This document shows, in pieces, positions 18,298-28,778 of a DNA stretch of 64,000 nt. The notes beneath the pieces are model-generated. The model was not told where the DNA came from, made no database searches, and worked only from the letters and a program-made list of their open reading frames with translations. This stretch comes from Candidatus Avidehalobacter gallistercoris (GTDB taxonomy: Bacteria; Bacillota; Dehalobacteriia; UBA4068; UBA4997). The DNA lies in the NCBI GenBank assembly GCA_018715045.1, contig DVMH01000027.1, positions 6,306 to 70,305 of the forward strand, given 5' to 3'. The position numbers and the translations under genes were made by a program. The stretch's first letter is position 1. Each line of letters opens with the position of its first letter.

Positions 18298-19511
18298 ACG
18301 GGCAGATCCCTTACATTATCGGCGTGGGGCCGGGCAGCCCCGGCTTCTTATACCCCATTGCCAAGGATTTGATCGACCGCGCCGATATCGTTATCGGCGG
18401 GCGGCGGCAGCTGACGGAATTTGCACCGAACGCGCCGGAAACAGTGGTAATAGACAAGGGATTATCCTCCATTCTCGCCTTAATCGAGTCAAAATGGCGC
18501 GAAAAACGGCTGGTAGTGCTGGCCTCTGGCGACACCGGGCTGTTCAGTATCCGAGCCTATCTGCAAAACCGCCTGCCTGACGTGCCGTTTAAAGTGCTGC
18601 CGGGCATAAGCTCGCTGCAATGCCTGCTGGCGCACTGCAACGCCAATTTGAACGATTTGAAAATCATCACGCTGCACGGCGCGGCTGACGCCAATCTGCA
18701 AAACACAGTTATGATGAACCCGCTAACGGCCATTTTCTGCGGCGGCGAGAACACACCGCAAAGCATTGCGGCGAAACTTACACGGCTGAAATTTGCCAGC
18801 CTTTGGCTCACGGTTGGCGAAAACCTGACCTATCCGGAGGAGCGCGTATCCTGCGGCAGCCCGGCGGATATTGCCCAGGGAGATTTCAGTGAATTAAGCG
18901 TTATGCTTATCAAAAACAACGATCCCGCCAGCCGTCCCTGGCCGTATTTGCCCGCAGGTATTGCCGACGAGGCCTTCACCCGCGGCAATGTGCCGATGAC
19001 CAAAAGCGAGGTGCGGGCGGTCATCACCGCCAAGCTCCATCTGACGCCGCAAAGCCGCCTGCTGGAGATTGGCTCCGGAACCGGCTCAGTCACTATCGAA
19101 GCCGCTCTGGCGGCATATAACGGCAGCGTTATCTCTCTGGAAAAAAACCCAGCGGCAGTAGCGCTCTGCCGTGAGAATTTGGCTCGCTTCGGACTTGATA
19201 ACGTAAAGTTAATTGAGGGCGAGGCTCCGGCGGCAATTCCGGAGGACGCTATATTTGACCGCGTTTTCATCGGCGGCAGCGGCGGCAATCTGGCCGATAT
19301 TATAAAAAGCCTGGGCGAAAAACCGCTCCGCGCTGTCATCTCTGCCATCACGCTGGAATCCGCCGGCGAGGCGCTGACGGCACTGCAGGATTGCGGCTTC
19401 AGCGATATTGAAGCAGTGCAGATAACGGCAGCCCGGAGCCGCCCGGCAGGCTCAAAGCACTTAATGCTGGGGCTGAACCCCGTGACGATCATCAGCGGTG
19501 AGAGAAAATGA
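18294..19511 (+). CDS. cbiET: bifunctional cobalt-precorrin-6B C5,C15-methyltransferase/decarboxylase (CbiE-CbiT fusion)
   Basis: N-terminal tetrapyrrole methylase domain (GVGPGSPGFL). C-terminal SAM methyltransferase domain (LLEIGSGTGS). 405 aa. Confidence 0.8.
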   Translation: MNGQIPYIIGVGPGSPGFLYPIAKDLIDRADIVIGGRRQLTEFAPNAPETVVIDKGLSSILALIESKWREKRLVVLASGDTGLFSIRAYLQNRLPDVPFKVLPGISSLQCLLAHCNANLNDLKIITLHGAADANLQNTVMMNPLTAIFCGGENTPQSIAAKLTRLKFASLWLTVGENLTYPEERVSCGSPADIAQGDFSELSVMLIKNNDPASRPWPYLPAGIADEAFTRGNVPMTKSEVRAVITAKLHLTPQSRLLEIGSGTGSVTIEAALAAYNGSVISLEKNPAAVALCRENLARFGLDNVKLIEGEAPAAIPEDAIFDRVFIGGSGGNLADIIKSLGEKPLRAVISAITLESAGEALTALQDCGFSDIEAVQITAARSRPAGSKHLMLGLNPVTIISGERK

Positions 19512-20581
19512 GTAATCTGAGGGAAAATAACAAAATCGCCGTCATCGCCCTGACGCAGGGCGGCTGCCGCACGGCGCTCCGCCTACGTGAACTTCCTGCC
19601 GACGTTTATCTGAAAGCAAGGGCGGAGGCAAACGGCGATACGGCGGACACGCATATTTTTGACTGCCCGCTGGCCGAGCTTTTGGCAAAGATATTCCCCC
19701 GCTATGGCGCTTTCATCATGGTGATGGCGGCAGGCATCGCAGTGAGGCAGTTTGCGCCCTATGTGCGCCACAAAACCTATGACCCGGCGGTGCTGGTGAT
19801 AGACGAGCAGGCCAGTTTTGTCATCAGCCTGCTTTCCGGCCATCTGGGCGGAGGCAACGCTCTCTGCCGCCGCGTATCAGAACTGCTCGGCGCCACTTCG
19901 GTCATCACCACCGCCACCGACGTCACCGGTAAGCCAGCCTTTGATTTGTTGGCGCAGGCCAATCATTGCGCCATAGCTAACATCGCAGCATTGAAACATA
20001 TCAGCGGAGCGCTGGTGAACGGTGAACAAGTGGCGGTTTTAAGCGATATTCCCCTGGCCGAGCCGCTGCCGCCGGATATCTGCCGGGCAGAGGAAGCACA
20101 GAACGCGCGCAACCTGGTCTACATTGGATATCAGACGGCAACACCGGCGACACGTTTTAAACACGTTCTGCGGCTGATACCGCAGAATCTGGTGCTGGGC
20201 GTGGGCTGCAAACGCAATACCCCGGCCGAAGATCTGCGTCGGGCGCTGGACCAATTTCTTGCGGCACACGGCATTAACCCGCTGGCTATCAAAGCAATCG
20301 CGTCTATCGACCTGAAAAAGGACGAGCCAGCCTTGCTGGCACTGTCAGCGGAATATAAGCTGCGCTTCCGCACGTTCAGCGCAGCAGAGCTGGCAGGCGT
20401 ATCTGCCCAAATTACGGCGGACAGGAAATCGGCCTTTGTGACCAGTATCACCGGCGCCCCCAGCGTGGCGCAGGCAGCGGCGCTGCTGGCCGCCGGCGGC
20501 AAAACCTTAGTACCCAAGGAGATTTACCCCGGTATTACATTCAGCCTGGCGGCAACGCCAATGACTTTCCGCTGGCAATAA
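19508..20581 (+). CDS. cbiG: cobalt-precorrin-5A hydrolase
   Basis: CbiG family three-domain architecture. Translationally coupled to cbiET. Confidence 0.75.
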   Translation: MSNLRENNKIAVIALTQGGCRTALRLRELPADVYLKARAEANGDTADTHIFDCPLAELLAKIFPRYGAFIMVMAAGIAVRQFAPYVRHKTYDPAVLVIDEQASFVISLLSGHLGGGNALCRRVSELLGATSVITTATDVTGKPAFDLLAQANHCAIANIAALKHISGALVNGEQVAVLSDIPLAEPLPPDICRAEEAQNARNLVYIGYQTATPATRFKHVLRLIPQNLVLGVGCKRNTPAEDLRRALDQFLAAHGINPLAIKAIASIDLKKDEPALLALSAEYKLRFRTFSAAELAGVSAQITADRKSAFVTSITGAPSVAQAAALLAAGGKTLVPKEIYPGITFSLAATPMTFRWQ

Positions 20582-20598
20582 TAATAAGGAGAATGATT

Positions 20599-21342
20599 AT
20601 GCAGAAATTTTACGTTGTGGGCATCGGGCCCGGCAGCCCTGAACAAATGACGGAGCAGGCAAAAGCTGCTCTGGCCGAGGCCGACGTTATCGCCGGATAC
20701 GGCGCGTATATCAAGCTGGTACAGCCGCTTTACCCTGATAAGGAGTACCTGCAAAACGGCATGACAGGCGAAGTAAAGCGATGCGAGCTGGCGCTGGCGG
20801 AGGCATTACAGGGCAAGACCGTTGCAATGGTGAGCAGCGGCGATGCGGGCATTTACGGCATGGCTGGGCTGATACTGGAGCTAGCGCAGGACTTGCCGGT
20901 CAAGGTCGTCGTGGTGCCGGGTATTACGGCAGCAGCCAGCGGGGCGGCTCTGCTCGGCGCACCACTGATGCATGACTTTGCGGTAATCAGCCTGTCCGAC
21001 CGGCTGACCGAATGGCAGCTGATCGAAAAACGACTGGCAGCGGCATCTTCCGCGGATTTCAACATTGTAATTTATAACCCCAGAAGCCATGGACGGCCGG
21101 AACATTTGGCCAAGGCGCGGGAAATTATGCTGCAATACAAAAAGGCGACAACGCCTGTCGGTATCGTCAAAAACATCGGGCGCGAGGGCGAGCACACCAT
21201 AGTCACCACATTGGCCGGTCTGGACACTGAGCAGGTAGATATGTTCTCCACTGTGTTTGTCGGCAACAGCCAGACATACGTCTGGAACGACAAAATCATT
21301 ACTCCGCGCGGCTATCAGGGAAAGCGCGAGAACAATGACTAA
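20599..21342 (+). CDS. cbiH: cobalt-factor III (precorrin-3B) C17-methyltransferase
   Basis: Close match to CbiH, for example SSGDAGIYGMAGL and LLGAPLMHDFAVISLSD. ATG at 20599 follows aggag with 7-nt spacing. Confidence 0.85.
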   Translation: MQKFYVVGIGPGSPEQMTEQAKAALAEADVIAGYGAYIKLVQPLYPDKEYLQNGMTGEVKRCELALAEALQGKTVAMVSSGDAGIYGMAGLILELAQDLPVKVVVVPGITAAASGAALLGAPLMHDFAVISLSDRLTEWQLIEKRLAAASSADFNIVIYNPRSHGRPEHLAKAREIMLQYKKATTPVGIVKNIGREGEHTIVTTLAGLDTEQVDMFSTVFVGNSQTYVWNDKIITPRGYQGKRENND

Positions 21343-22090
21343 GCTGTTGGTGGTAGCTGGCACAGCAGACGGCGCCGCGTTCATTGCCGCCCAGCCGGAG
21401 GATACTCAGATAACCGCCACCACGTTCAGCCAGCTGGGCGCCGCCTGCCTCCCCCCCCGCCCCGGTCTGAAAACTGTTTCCGGCGCGCTGGACGAGGCAG
21501 GATTTGCCCGCCTTATCGCGGCGGAACAACCCAATTTTCTGGTCGATTTAAGCCACCCTTTCGCAGTGGAAGTGAGCGCCAACGCCAAGGCGGCGGCGCA
21601 AAGCCAAAATGTGCCATACCTCCGCTATGAACGGGAAACAGCGGAGGAAGCCGGGGCACATGTTATTCGCGCGGCTGATTTTTCCTCGGCGGTAGCTATC
21701 CTCCGTGATATGCCCGGCAGTATTCTGCTGACGGTGGGCAGCAAAACTCTACCCCAATTTATGGATCTGCCGGATTTTCACACCCGCGTATATATGAGGG
21801 TGCTGGCCGAAAGCCGCATACTCCGGGAGCTGGAGGAGCTAAATATCGACCCGGCTCACATCTTCGCTATGAAAGGTGTGGCGACGGCAGAGCTAAACAT
21901 AGCGCTGGCGCATTACTGCAATGCTTCCGTTATCGTCTCCAAGGATAGCGGCAAGGCTGGCGGGCTTGATGAAAAGCTGGCGGCGGCCAGGACTCTGGGG
22001 ATTCCGCTGCTGAAAATCGAACGCCCCAAGGCGGCAGGCAGAACATATGCCAGTTTTGCGGCGCTGAACCAGGTCATATATAACAGATGA
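21335..22090 (+). CDS. cbiJ: cobalt-precorrin-6A reductase
   Basis: CbiJ/CobK-like. ATG at 21335 overlaps the end of cbiH. Confidence 0.65.
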   Translation: MTKLLVVAGTADGAAFIAAQPEDTQITATTFSQLGAACLPPRPGLKTVSGALDEAGFARLIAAEQPNFLVDLSHPFAVEVSANAKAAAQSQNVPYLRYERETAEEAGAHVIRAADFSSAVAILRDMPGSILLTVGSKTLPQFMDLPDFHTRVYMRVLAESRILRELEELNIDPAHIFAMKGVATAELNIALAHYCNASVIVSKDSGKAGGLDEKLAAARTLGIPLLKIERPKAAGRTYASFAALNQVIYNR

Positions 22091-22117
22091 ATTTTTTAAG
22101 AAAGCGAGGAAAAAGCC

Positions 22118-23497
22118 ATGGCCAAAGCAGCCTTTATGCTGGCGGCGGCAGGAAGCGGCAGCGGCAAAACCACGTTCGCCTGCGGGTTGATGACGGCGCT
22201 ACGCCGGCAGGGATTTGCCGTACAGCCGTTTAAGGTGGGGCCGGATTATATCGACCCTATGTATCACACGGCGCTCTGCGGCCGCCCCTCCCGCAATTTG
22301 GACAGCGTTATGCTGCCGGAGGAAACATTGCGCCATCTTTTCAACAAAAACGCCGCCGATGCTGATATAGCGCTGATTGAAGGCGTGATGGGGCTGTTCG
22401 ACGGCTTATCGCCCAAGAGCATTTACGGCAGCTCTGCCGATATAGCCCGGATTTTGGACTTACCGGTGCTGCTGCTGGTGAACGCACGCGGCATGGCGCT
22501 TTCGGCAGCGGCGCTGGTAAACGGCTTCCGCGATTTTGCTCCCGGCGTCAAAATTGCCGGCGTACTGCTGAACAACGTTAAATCGGCCATGCTTTTCCGT
22601 TATCTTAAGGAAATTATTGAAGCAAACTGCCAGATCCCGGTGTTGGGCTGGCTGCCGCATGATCCGGCTTTCGCCCTCTCCGAACGGCATTTGGGGCTTT
22701 ATTGCAGCGGCGAGTATACCGACCTCACCGCCAAATTCGACAAGGTAGCCGGCTGTCTGCTGGAAAACTGCGACTGGCCTGCTCTGCTTGCCGCAGCGGC
22801 GTATACGCCAAAATACGCGCCGGAACCGCCTCTCCCCGCGCCGCTCGCCCAACCCGTGCGGCTGGGTATTGCGCAGGACGCGGCGTTTAACTTTTATTAT
22901 CAGGACAATATTGACTTGTTAGAGCAACTGGGAGCGGAAATTGTTCCATTCAGCCCGCTGAAAGACGCATCGCTTCCTCCAGTGGACGCGCTGTATCTCG
23001 GCGGCGGTTATCCGGAGCTTTTCGCGGCAGCACTGGAGGCCAACGCCGGGTTCCGTGCCGACATTGCCGCAAAACTCGCGGCTGGTCTTCCCTGCTACGC
23101 CGAGTGCGGCGGCTTTATCTACCTGGGACGCACGCTTACCTATCAAAATGCTACATATCAAATGACGGGGTTCTTCCCATTTAATTTCGCCATGACCGAC
23201 CGCTTGCAGCATTTTGGCTATATGCAGGCAGAAATAACAGCAGGCACGCCGCTTACCGGGAACGCGTCTGGAGCAATAACCGGACATGAGTTTCATTATA
23301 CCAAGCGAGTGGACAAGGCAGACTATCCACCGCGCTATCAGGTGAGCAAACCTGGCAAAAACCAATACTGGCAGGAGGGCTATCAGCGCGAAAACACGCT
23401 GGGCGGCTATCCGCACTTCAATTTCTGGGGAAATCCTCAAATGGCCAAAAATCTGCTGCTGGCTGCAGCGGCCTATCAACAAAGGAGGCGTCAGTAA
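22118..23497 (+). CDS. cbiA: cobyrinic acid a,c-diamide synthase
   Basis: N-terminal AAAGSGSGKTTFACGLM ATP-binding motif and a C-terminal GATase domain. 459 aa. Confidence 0.85.
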   Translation: MAKAAFMLAAAGSGSGKTTFACGLMTALRRQGFAVQPFKVGPDYIDPMYHTALCGRPSRNLDSVMLPEETLRHLFNKNAADADIALIEGVMGLFDGLSPKSIYGSSADIARILDLPVLLLVNARGMALSAAALVNGFRDFAPGVKIAGVLLNNVKSAMLFRYLKEIIEANCQIPVLGWLPHDPAFALSERHLGLYCSGEYTDLTAKFDKVAGCLLENCDWPALLAAAAYTPKYAPEPPLPAPLAQPVRLGIAQDAAFNFYYQDNIDLLEQLGAEIVPFSPLKDASLPPVDALYLGGGYPELFAAALEANAGFRADIAAKLAAGLPCYAECGGFIYLGRTLTYQNATYQMTGFFPFNFAMTDRLQHFGYMQAEITAGTPLTGNASGAITGHEFHYTKRVDKADYPPRYQVSKPGKNQYWQEGYQRENTLGGYPHFNFWGNPQMAKNLLLAAAAYQQRRRQ

Positions 23498-23498
23498 A

Positions 23499-24764
23499 GT
23501 GCAAATTTCCGTTTTGGGCATCGACCACCGCGCGGACGCGGCTATTCGTGAAAAAGCAGCGTTTTCGGAAAGCCACAGCCTGGAATTTTCTTCCAGACTT
23601 CTGGCAGGAGGCGCAGCAGAAACAGTTATACTCTCCACCTGCAACCGCAGCGAGATATATTACCTGCAAAACACCGACGATGAGCTGAAACTTTCACGTG
23701 TAAACCGGGATTTCCGCCGTCTGTATATCGATTATTTTAAACTGGCCGACCATCATAACATGGTCTACCAGCTATCCGGCGAGGCGGCTATACGCCACAT
23801 TTTCCGCGTAGCGGCAGGATTGGAATCAGCCGTGATCGGCGAGGACGAAATACTGCGTCAGGTCAAGGAAGCATACGAGTTCGCCCACAACTTCCACAAC
23901 ACCGACAAATATTTCAACCGCCTGTTTCAAGAGGCCATCAAGTGCGCCAAAGAAATCAAAACCAGCCTGAAAATTTCGGAGATCCCTGTCTCCACAGGCT
24001 ATATCGGCCTGAAATATCTGGAAAAGGAATCCGGTGGCTTTGAGGGCAAAACAATGCTGCTGCTGGGCTTTGGCGAGATCGGCAGGCTATTCCTGCAATA
24101 TGCCAAGGACAGGCCTCTTGCCAAAATTATAATCTGCAACCGCAGCGCTGCCGCTGCTCGAGCCGCCTGCCGGGAGCTTAACAATGTGGAATATCAGCCC
24201 AGCAACCGTGCGACGGAACTTGTAAGCGAGGCCGACCTGCTGGTGGCAGCCACCTCCTGCCCGCACGTGCTGCTGAAAAAACAGGATATGCCGGCCAGAG
24301 AAACACCCTGCTATATGCTGGATATGGCTATTCCCCGCAACATAGACGAAACAATTGCGGAACTGCCCAATTATCACGTCGCCAATATTGACGTTTTAAA
24401 GCAGCAGGCTGCGGCCGGTCTGGCCGAACGCGATGCACTTTCCGCCCGCGCCGAGGCAATGATCGAACAGTATCTGGCCGATTACAAGGCGTGGGTGGCA
24501 CATTCCGGACAGGACAACGTGATCCAGTCTCTGAACAACTCGGTGGATGAGATTGCCGAGGCGCATTTAGAATACCTGTTCCGCAAGATATCAGTCAGTG
24601 AACGCGAACAGAAAATCATCAGCCGCACGCTGCAATCAGCCCTCCGCAAAGCTGTACAGAACCCGATTTTAAGTCTGAAAGCAATGGACGACCCGCAAAA
24701 GCGCGAGCATTATTCGCAAGTTTTGCAGGAATTGTTTGAAAATGAACAACGGCAGGCGCGTTGA
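23499..24764 (+). CDS. hemA: glutamyl-tRNA reductase
   Basis: GTG start behind an aaaggagg RBS. Sequence ISVLGIDHRADAAIREK...TCNRSEIYY. Confidence 0.9.
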   Translation: MQISVLGIDHRADAAIREKAAFSESHSLEFSSRLLAGGAAETVILSTCNRSEIYYLQNTDDELKLSRVNRDFRRLYIDYFKLADHHNMVYQLSGEAAIRHIFRVAAGLESAVIGEDEILRQVKEAYEFAHNFHNTDKYFNRLFQEAIKCAKEIKTSLKISEIPVSTGYIGLKYLEKESGGFEGKTMLLLGFGEIGRLFLQYAKDRPLAKIIICNRSAAAARAACRELNNVEYQPSNRATELVSEADLLVAATSCPHVLLKKQDMPARETPCYMLDMAIPRNIDETIAELPNYHVANIDVLKQQAAAGLAERDALSARAEAMIEQYLADYKAWVAHSGQDNVIQSLNNSVDEIAEAHLEYLFRKISVSEREQKIISRTLQSALRKAVQNPILSLKAMDDPQKREHYSQVLQELFENEQRQAR

Positions 24765-24778
24765 CACGGGAGAATATC

Positions 24779-25435
24779 ATGCATACACCGTTATTTATCA
24801 ACATTTCCGGCTGGCCGGTTTTGATTATCGGCGGCGGCGCTATCGGCGCACGCAAGGCAGCGGAGCTTGCAGCAGGTGGAGCGGTGATAACGCTTCTGTC
24901 CCCCCGGTGTGACAAGGCCGCCTGGAGCCGCATTCCCCACACAAGGCGAGAAGAAGCTTTCGACCCTGCCCACCCGGAGATTTTACATGGGTTTCGGCTG
25001 GTCATCGCTGCAACAGACAACAGAGAACTGAACAGTGAAATTGCCCGGCTGGCGCGGGAGCAAAATCTGCTCTGCAATGTCGCCTCCGCCGCGAACGAGG
25101 GCAATGTAATACTGCCAGGCGTTATTAAAAGCGGCGGCATCACCTTGGCTATCTCTTCTGGCGGGCAAACGCCATTTTTGACCAGACACTTAAAGCAGGA
25201 AATCACACCGCTGCTTGCCGCTTATGACGAAACAACGGTGAAAAGGCTGGGAACAGTGCGCCGCCTGATTGTCACAAAATTGGCGGCGGACACGGACGCT
25301 AAACGGAGGCTTTTGACCAAGCTTACCAATACGCCAGCCGACCGATTTAACGCTATATGGAATGCAAAGAAAGGAAACTGCGATGAAATTATTGATTGGC
25401 TCCAGAGGGAGCAAGCTGGCGCTGACACAAACTGA
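24779..25435 (+). CDS. sirC: precorrin-2 dehydrogenase / sirohydrochlorin ferrochelatase (siroheme synthase N-domain type)
   Basis: Rossmann fold VLIIGGGAIGARKAAEL. Its 3' end overlaps the hemC start by about 50 nt. Confidence 0.7.
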   Translation: MHTPLFINISGWPVLIIGGGAIGARKAAELAAGGAVITLLSPRCDKAAWSRIPHTRREEAFDPAHPEILHGFRLVIAATDNRELNSEIARLAREQNLLCNVASAANEGNVILPGVIKSGGITLAISSGGQTPFLTRHLKQEITPLLAAYDETTVKRLGTVRRLIVTKLAADTDAKRRLLTKLTNTPADRFNAIWNAKKGNCDEIIDWLQREQAGADTN

Positions 25436-26279
25436 ACAGGTAGCTGCGTCCATCCGCGCCGCTAATCCCGGGCTTGCCACTGAAATTATCGTCATTAAGA
25501 CACAGGGCGATCTGATATTAGACAAGCCGCTGAACGAACTGGGCTCTAAGGGAGTATTCGTGCGGGAAATTGAGGAGGCGCTTCTTTCCGGCCAAATTGA
25601 CCTGGCAGTACACAGTCTGAAAGATCTGCCCGCCGAGCAGCCGCCGGGTTTGACATTAGCCGTAACGCCACGCCGGGAAGACCCCCGCGATTTTCTCGTC
25701 TGCTTCGGCGGTGAAAAGTGCCTGGCAGATCTTGCTCCAAATAGTGTTATCGCTACCGGGAGCCTGCGCCGTATCGGCCAGCTGCAAGCGCTTCGTCCGG
25801 ATATCACATGCGCCCCCATGCGCGGCAATGTGGAAACACGGCTGCGCAAGGCCAAAGAACAGGGATTGCAGGGCGTATTGCTGGCGGCAGCCGGGCTAAG
25901 CCGTTTGGGGCTGATTGACAAGATCGCCGGTTTTGCGTTGGAGCCGCAAGACATGCTGCCCGCCCCGGCGCAGGGTATTTTGGGACTGGAAACGCGGGCA
26001 GACGATACAGCAACGCAAAAGCTATTGCTGCCTCTGCATGACGAGGTAAGTCACCGTCAAATGCTGGCAGAACGCGCCTTTCTTAAGTTCACCGAGGGCG
26101 GCTGCCACGCGCCGATAGGCGCATATTGCGAAATTAGCAACGCAAGCTTTACGCTTTGCGGCTTCTTCCAGACTGACCGCGGCCTGCACAGGAAAACGAT
26201 CAGTGGACGGTACGGCGAGGAAGCAGCGGCAGGCGCCAAGCTGGCGCAAAATATCAAGGAGATGATTGCCAATGAATGA
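25383..26279 (+). CDS. hemC: porphobilinogen deaminase (hydroxymethylbilane synthase)
   Basis: MKLLIGSRGSKLALTQT... is the canonical HemC N-terminus. Confidence 0.9.
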   Translation: MKLLIGSRGSKLALTQTEQVAASIRAANPGLATEIIVIKTQGDLILDKPLNELGSKGVFVREIEEALLSGQIDLAVHSLKDLPAEQPPGLTLAVTPRREDPRDFLVCFGGEKCLADLAPNSVIATGSLRRIGQLQALRPDITCAPMRGNVETRLRKAKEQGLQGVLLAAAGLSRLGLIDKIAGFALEPQDMLPAPAQGILGLETRADDTATQKLLLPLHDEVSHRQMLAERAFLKFTEGGCHAPIGAYCEISNASFTLCGFFQTDRGLHRKTISGRYGEEAAAGAKLAQNIKEMIANE

Positions 26280-27780
26280 ACAGAAACCCGGTAAGGTTTA
26301 TCTGGTGGGCGCCGGCCCCGGTGATTTTGGCCTGATCACACTGAAAGGGCTTCAAGCCATAGAACAAGCCGAAGTGTTGGTGTATGACCGCCTAATCAAC
26401 GAAAATCTGATTTACCGTGCTCCCGAGACCGCCGAAAAAATTTACGTGGGCAAGCAGGCTGCCAACCACGCTCTGCCGCAGGACAAAATCAACGATCTGC
26501 TGTATCAAAAGGCTGCTGCGGGCAAAATTGTGGTGCGGCTTAAGGGTGGCGACCCTTACGTCTTTGGACGTGGCGGCGAAGAGGGCATATATCTCGCCGA
26601 GCGCGGTATTCCGTTTGAGGAGATTCCCGGCATCACCTCCTGCATTGCGGGGCCGGCTTACGCTGGTATTCCGGTGACTCACCGCGAATGTGCTTCCTCT
26701 TTCCATGTGTTCACTGGCAATTTCAAAGACGAACTGCGCGGACTGAACTTCCCTAATCTCGCCGCGCTTGAGGGCACTCTTATTTTCCTGATGGGCTTTG
26801 GCAACCTGCCCTACATCACGCAGGGTCTGATATACGCTGGCAAACCAGCCGCAACACCCGTGGCCGTCGTAAGTCATGCCACACGCAGCGACCAGCAGAC
26901 TGTCTGCGGCACCCTCGCCGATATTGAGCAAAAGGTTAAGGAAGCCGGGCTAACGCCGCCTGCCATCACCATCGTTGGTGATGTGGTAAATTGCCGTGGC
27001 CAGCTTAACTTCTTTGAGCAGAGACGATCACCCGGCGTGCTGGTTTTGCGAGACGCACGGCAGAGCAGTCCGTTTGCCAAAATGCTGCGCGGCGCTGGCT
27101 TTCGACCGGTCATCTGCCCGGTTATCCGTATTGAACCACTGGGTTTAACACCAAAGCTCCAGGACGCAATAACCAACATCTGCCGCTACACCTGGCTTGT
27201 CTTCACCTCGCCCAACGGAGTAACGCTGTTCTTTCGCCAATTCTTTGCAGCGGGCGGCGATCTGCGCCAGATGGCCGGGCTGAAGTTTGCCGCTATCGGC
27301 AAGGCTACGGCGGAAAATCTGCAAAAAAACGGTTTCCGGGCTGATTACGTACCAAACAGCCAAATCAGTGATTCGCTGGCGAAAGGGCTGACCGAAAAGC
27401 TGACAGCAAACGACTGCGTACTGCTCCCTCGGAGCGCAATTGCCAACAATAATATGGTGCCAATGCTTGCCGCCAAATGCCGGGTGGACGACGTGCCGCT
27501 TTATGATACCGTGGTGCAGACCAGCTGCCGGAATGAGCTTAAAACACTTATCACCTCCGGCGAGGTGCGCTACATTCCGTTTACCAGCGCATCCACTGTG
27601 GACGGCTTTTATCAGGCTATTGGCGGGGATCTGTCAATCCTCGCGGACGTTAAATGCGCCGCCATCGGCCCCGTCACGGCAAAGCGTATGCAGGAACTCG
27701 GCATAACTCCTGCTCTTACAGCGTCAGAACATAGTCTGGACGGAGTGCTGGCCGTATTAAAAGAGGACACACAAAATTAA
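26266..27780 (+). CDS. cobA-hemD: bifunctional uroporphyrinogen-III C-methyltransferase / uroporphyrinogen-III synthase
   Basis: N-terminal methylase VYLVGAGPGDFGLITLKG. C-terminal HemD fold. 504 aa. Start is TTG at 26266 or ATG at 26272. Confidence 0.85.
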   Translation: MPMNEQKPGKVYLVGAGPGDFGLITLKGLQAIEQAEVLVYDRLINENLIYRAPETAEKIYVGKQAANHALPQDKINDLLYQKAAAGKIVVRLKGGDPYVFGRGGEEGIYLAERGIPFEEIPGITSCIAGPAYAGIPVTHRECASSFHVFTGNFKDELRGLNFPNLAALEGTLIFLMGFGNLPYITQGLIYAGKPAATPVAVVSHATRSDQQTVCGTLADIEQKVKEAGLTPPAITIVGDVVNCRGQLNFFEQRRSPGVLVLRDARQSSPFAKMLRGAGFRPVICPVIRIEPLGLTPKLQDAITNICRYTWLVFTSPNGVTLFFRQFFAAGGDLRQMAGLKFAAIGKATAENLQKNGFRADYVPNSQISDSLAKGLTEKLTANDCVLLPRSAIANNNMVPMLAAKCRVDDVPLYDTVVQTSCRNELKTLITSGEVRYIPFTSASTVDGFYQAIGGDLSILADVKCAAIGPVTAKRMQELGITPALTASEHSLDGVLAVLKEDTQN

Positions 27781-27803
27781 TATAGAAAAGAGATTTTTCA
27801 GCC

Positions 27804-28778
27804 ATGATTATCAGACCAAGAAGACTTCGCATTAACGAAACCATGCGCGCGCTGGTGCGCGAGACTGCCATATCTGCCGACCAGCTTATCTACCCAATGT
27901 TCGTGGTGGAAGGCAAGGGCCTGAAAGAAGAAATTACCGCCATGCCCGGCCAATACCGCTATTCGGTGGATATGCTGCCCGCCGCCGTGAAAGATCTGGA
28001 ACAGGCCGGCGTCAAGCACATCATTCTGTTCGGCGTACCGGCGCCCGAAGCCCACGACGCCTACGGCACAGCAGCTTTTATCAAAGACGGCATCGTGCAG
28101 CGGGCGATCCATGAAATCAAAAGCCATAGCAATATTTTTATCACCACTGACGTATGCCTTTGCGAATACACTGACCACGGTCACTGCGGCATTTTAGACC
28201 CCGACGGCTACGTAAACAACGATAAAACGCTGGCTGTGCTGGCCAAAACCGCGCTGAGCCATGTGGAGGCAGGAGCCGATATGGTAGCCCCTTCGGATAT
28301 GATGGACGGGCGCGTCGCTGCTATCCGCCAGATCCTGGACGAAAACGGTTACATTAATACGCCGGTCATGTCCTACGCCGTAAAATACGCATCCACCTAT
28401 TACGGTCCTTTTCGGGAGGCGGCCAACTCTGCCCCGGGCAAGGGCAACCGCAAAGCATATCAGATGGATTATCACAACAGCCGCGAGGCTGAAAAGGAAG
28501 CCGCACTGGACGTGGACGAGGGCGCGGATATCATCATGGTGAAGCCCGCTTTGGCCTATTTGGATATCATCGCGAAACTCCGCCCGCAAATAAAGCTTCC
28601 ATTGGCCACATATTGTGTCAGCGGTGAGTATACCATGCTGAAAATGGCCGTTGACAGCGGCGCCGTACAACCAGAAATCATCTACGAAAGCCATATTGCC
28701 ATGCGGCGGGCGGGCGCGGATATTATCATCACCTACTTTGCCCCGGAACTGGCGCGTTTTTTGCAGGAGGCAAAATAA
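27804..28778 (+). CDS. hemB: porphobilinogen synthase (ALA dehydratase)
   Basis: RPRRLRxxxxxRxLVRE N-terminus and the HemB active-site region. Confidence 0.9.
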   Translation: MIIRPRRLRINETMRALVRETAISADQLIYPMFVVEGKGLKEEITAMPGQYRYSVDMLPAAVKDLEQAGVKHIILFGVPAPEAHDAYGTAAFIKDGIVQRAIHEIKSHSNIFITTDVCLCEYTDHGHCGILDPDGYVNNDKTLAVLAKTALSHVEAGADMVAPSDMMDGRVAAIRQILDENGYINTPVMSYAVKYASTYYGPFREAANSAPGKGNRKAYQMDYHNSREAEKEAALDVDEGADIIMVKPALAYLDIIAKLRPQIKLPLATYCVSGEYTMLKMAVDSGAVQPEIIYESHIAMRRAGADIIITYFAPELARFLQEAK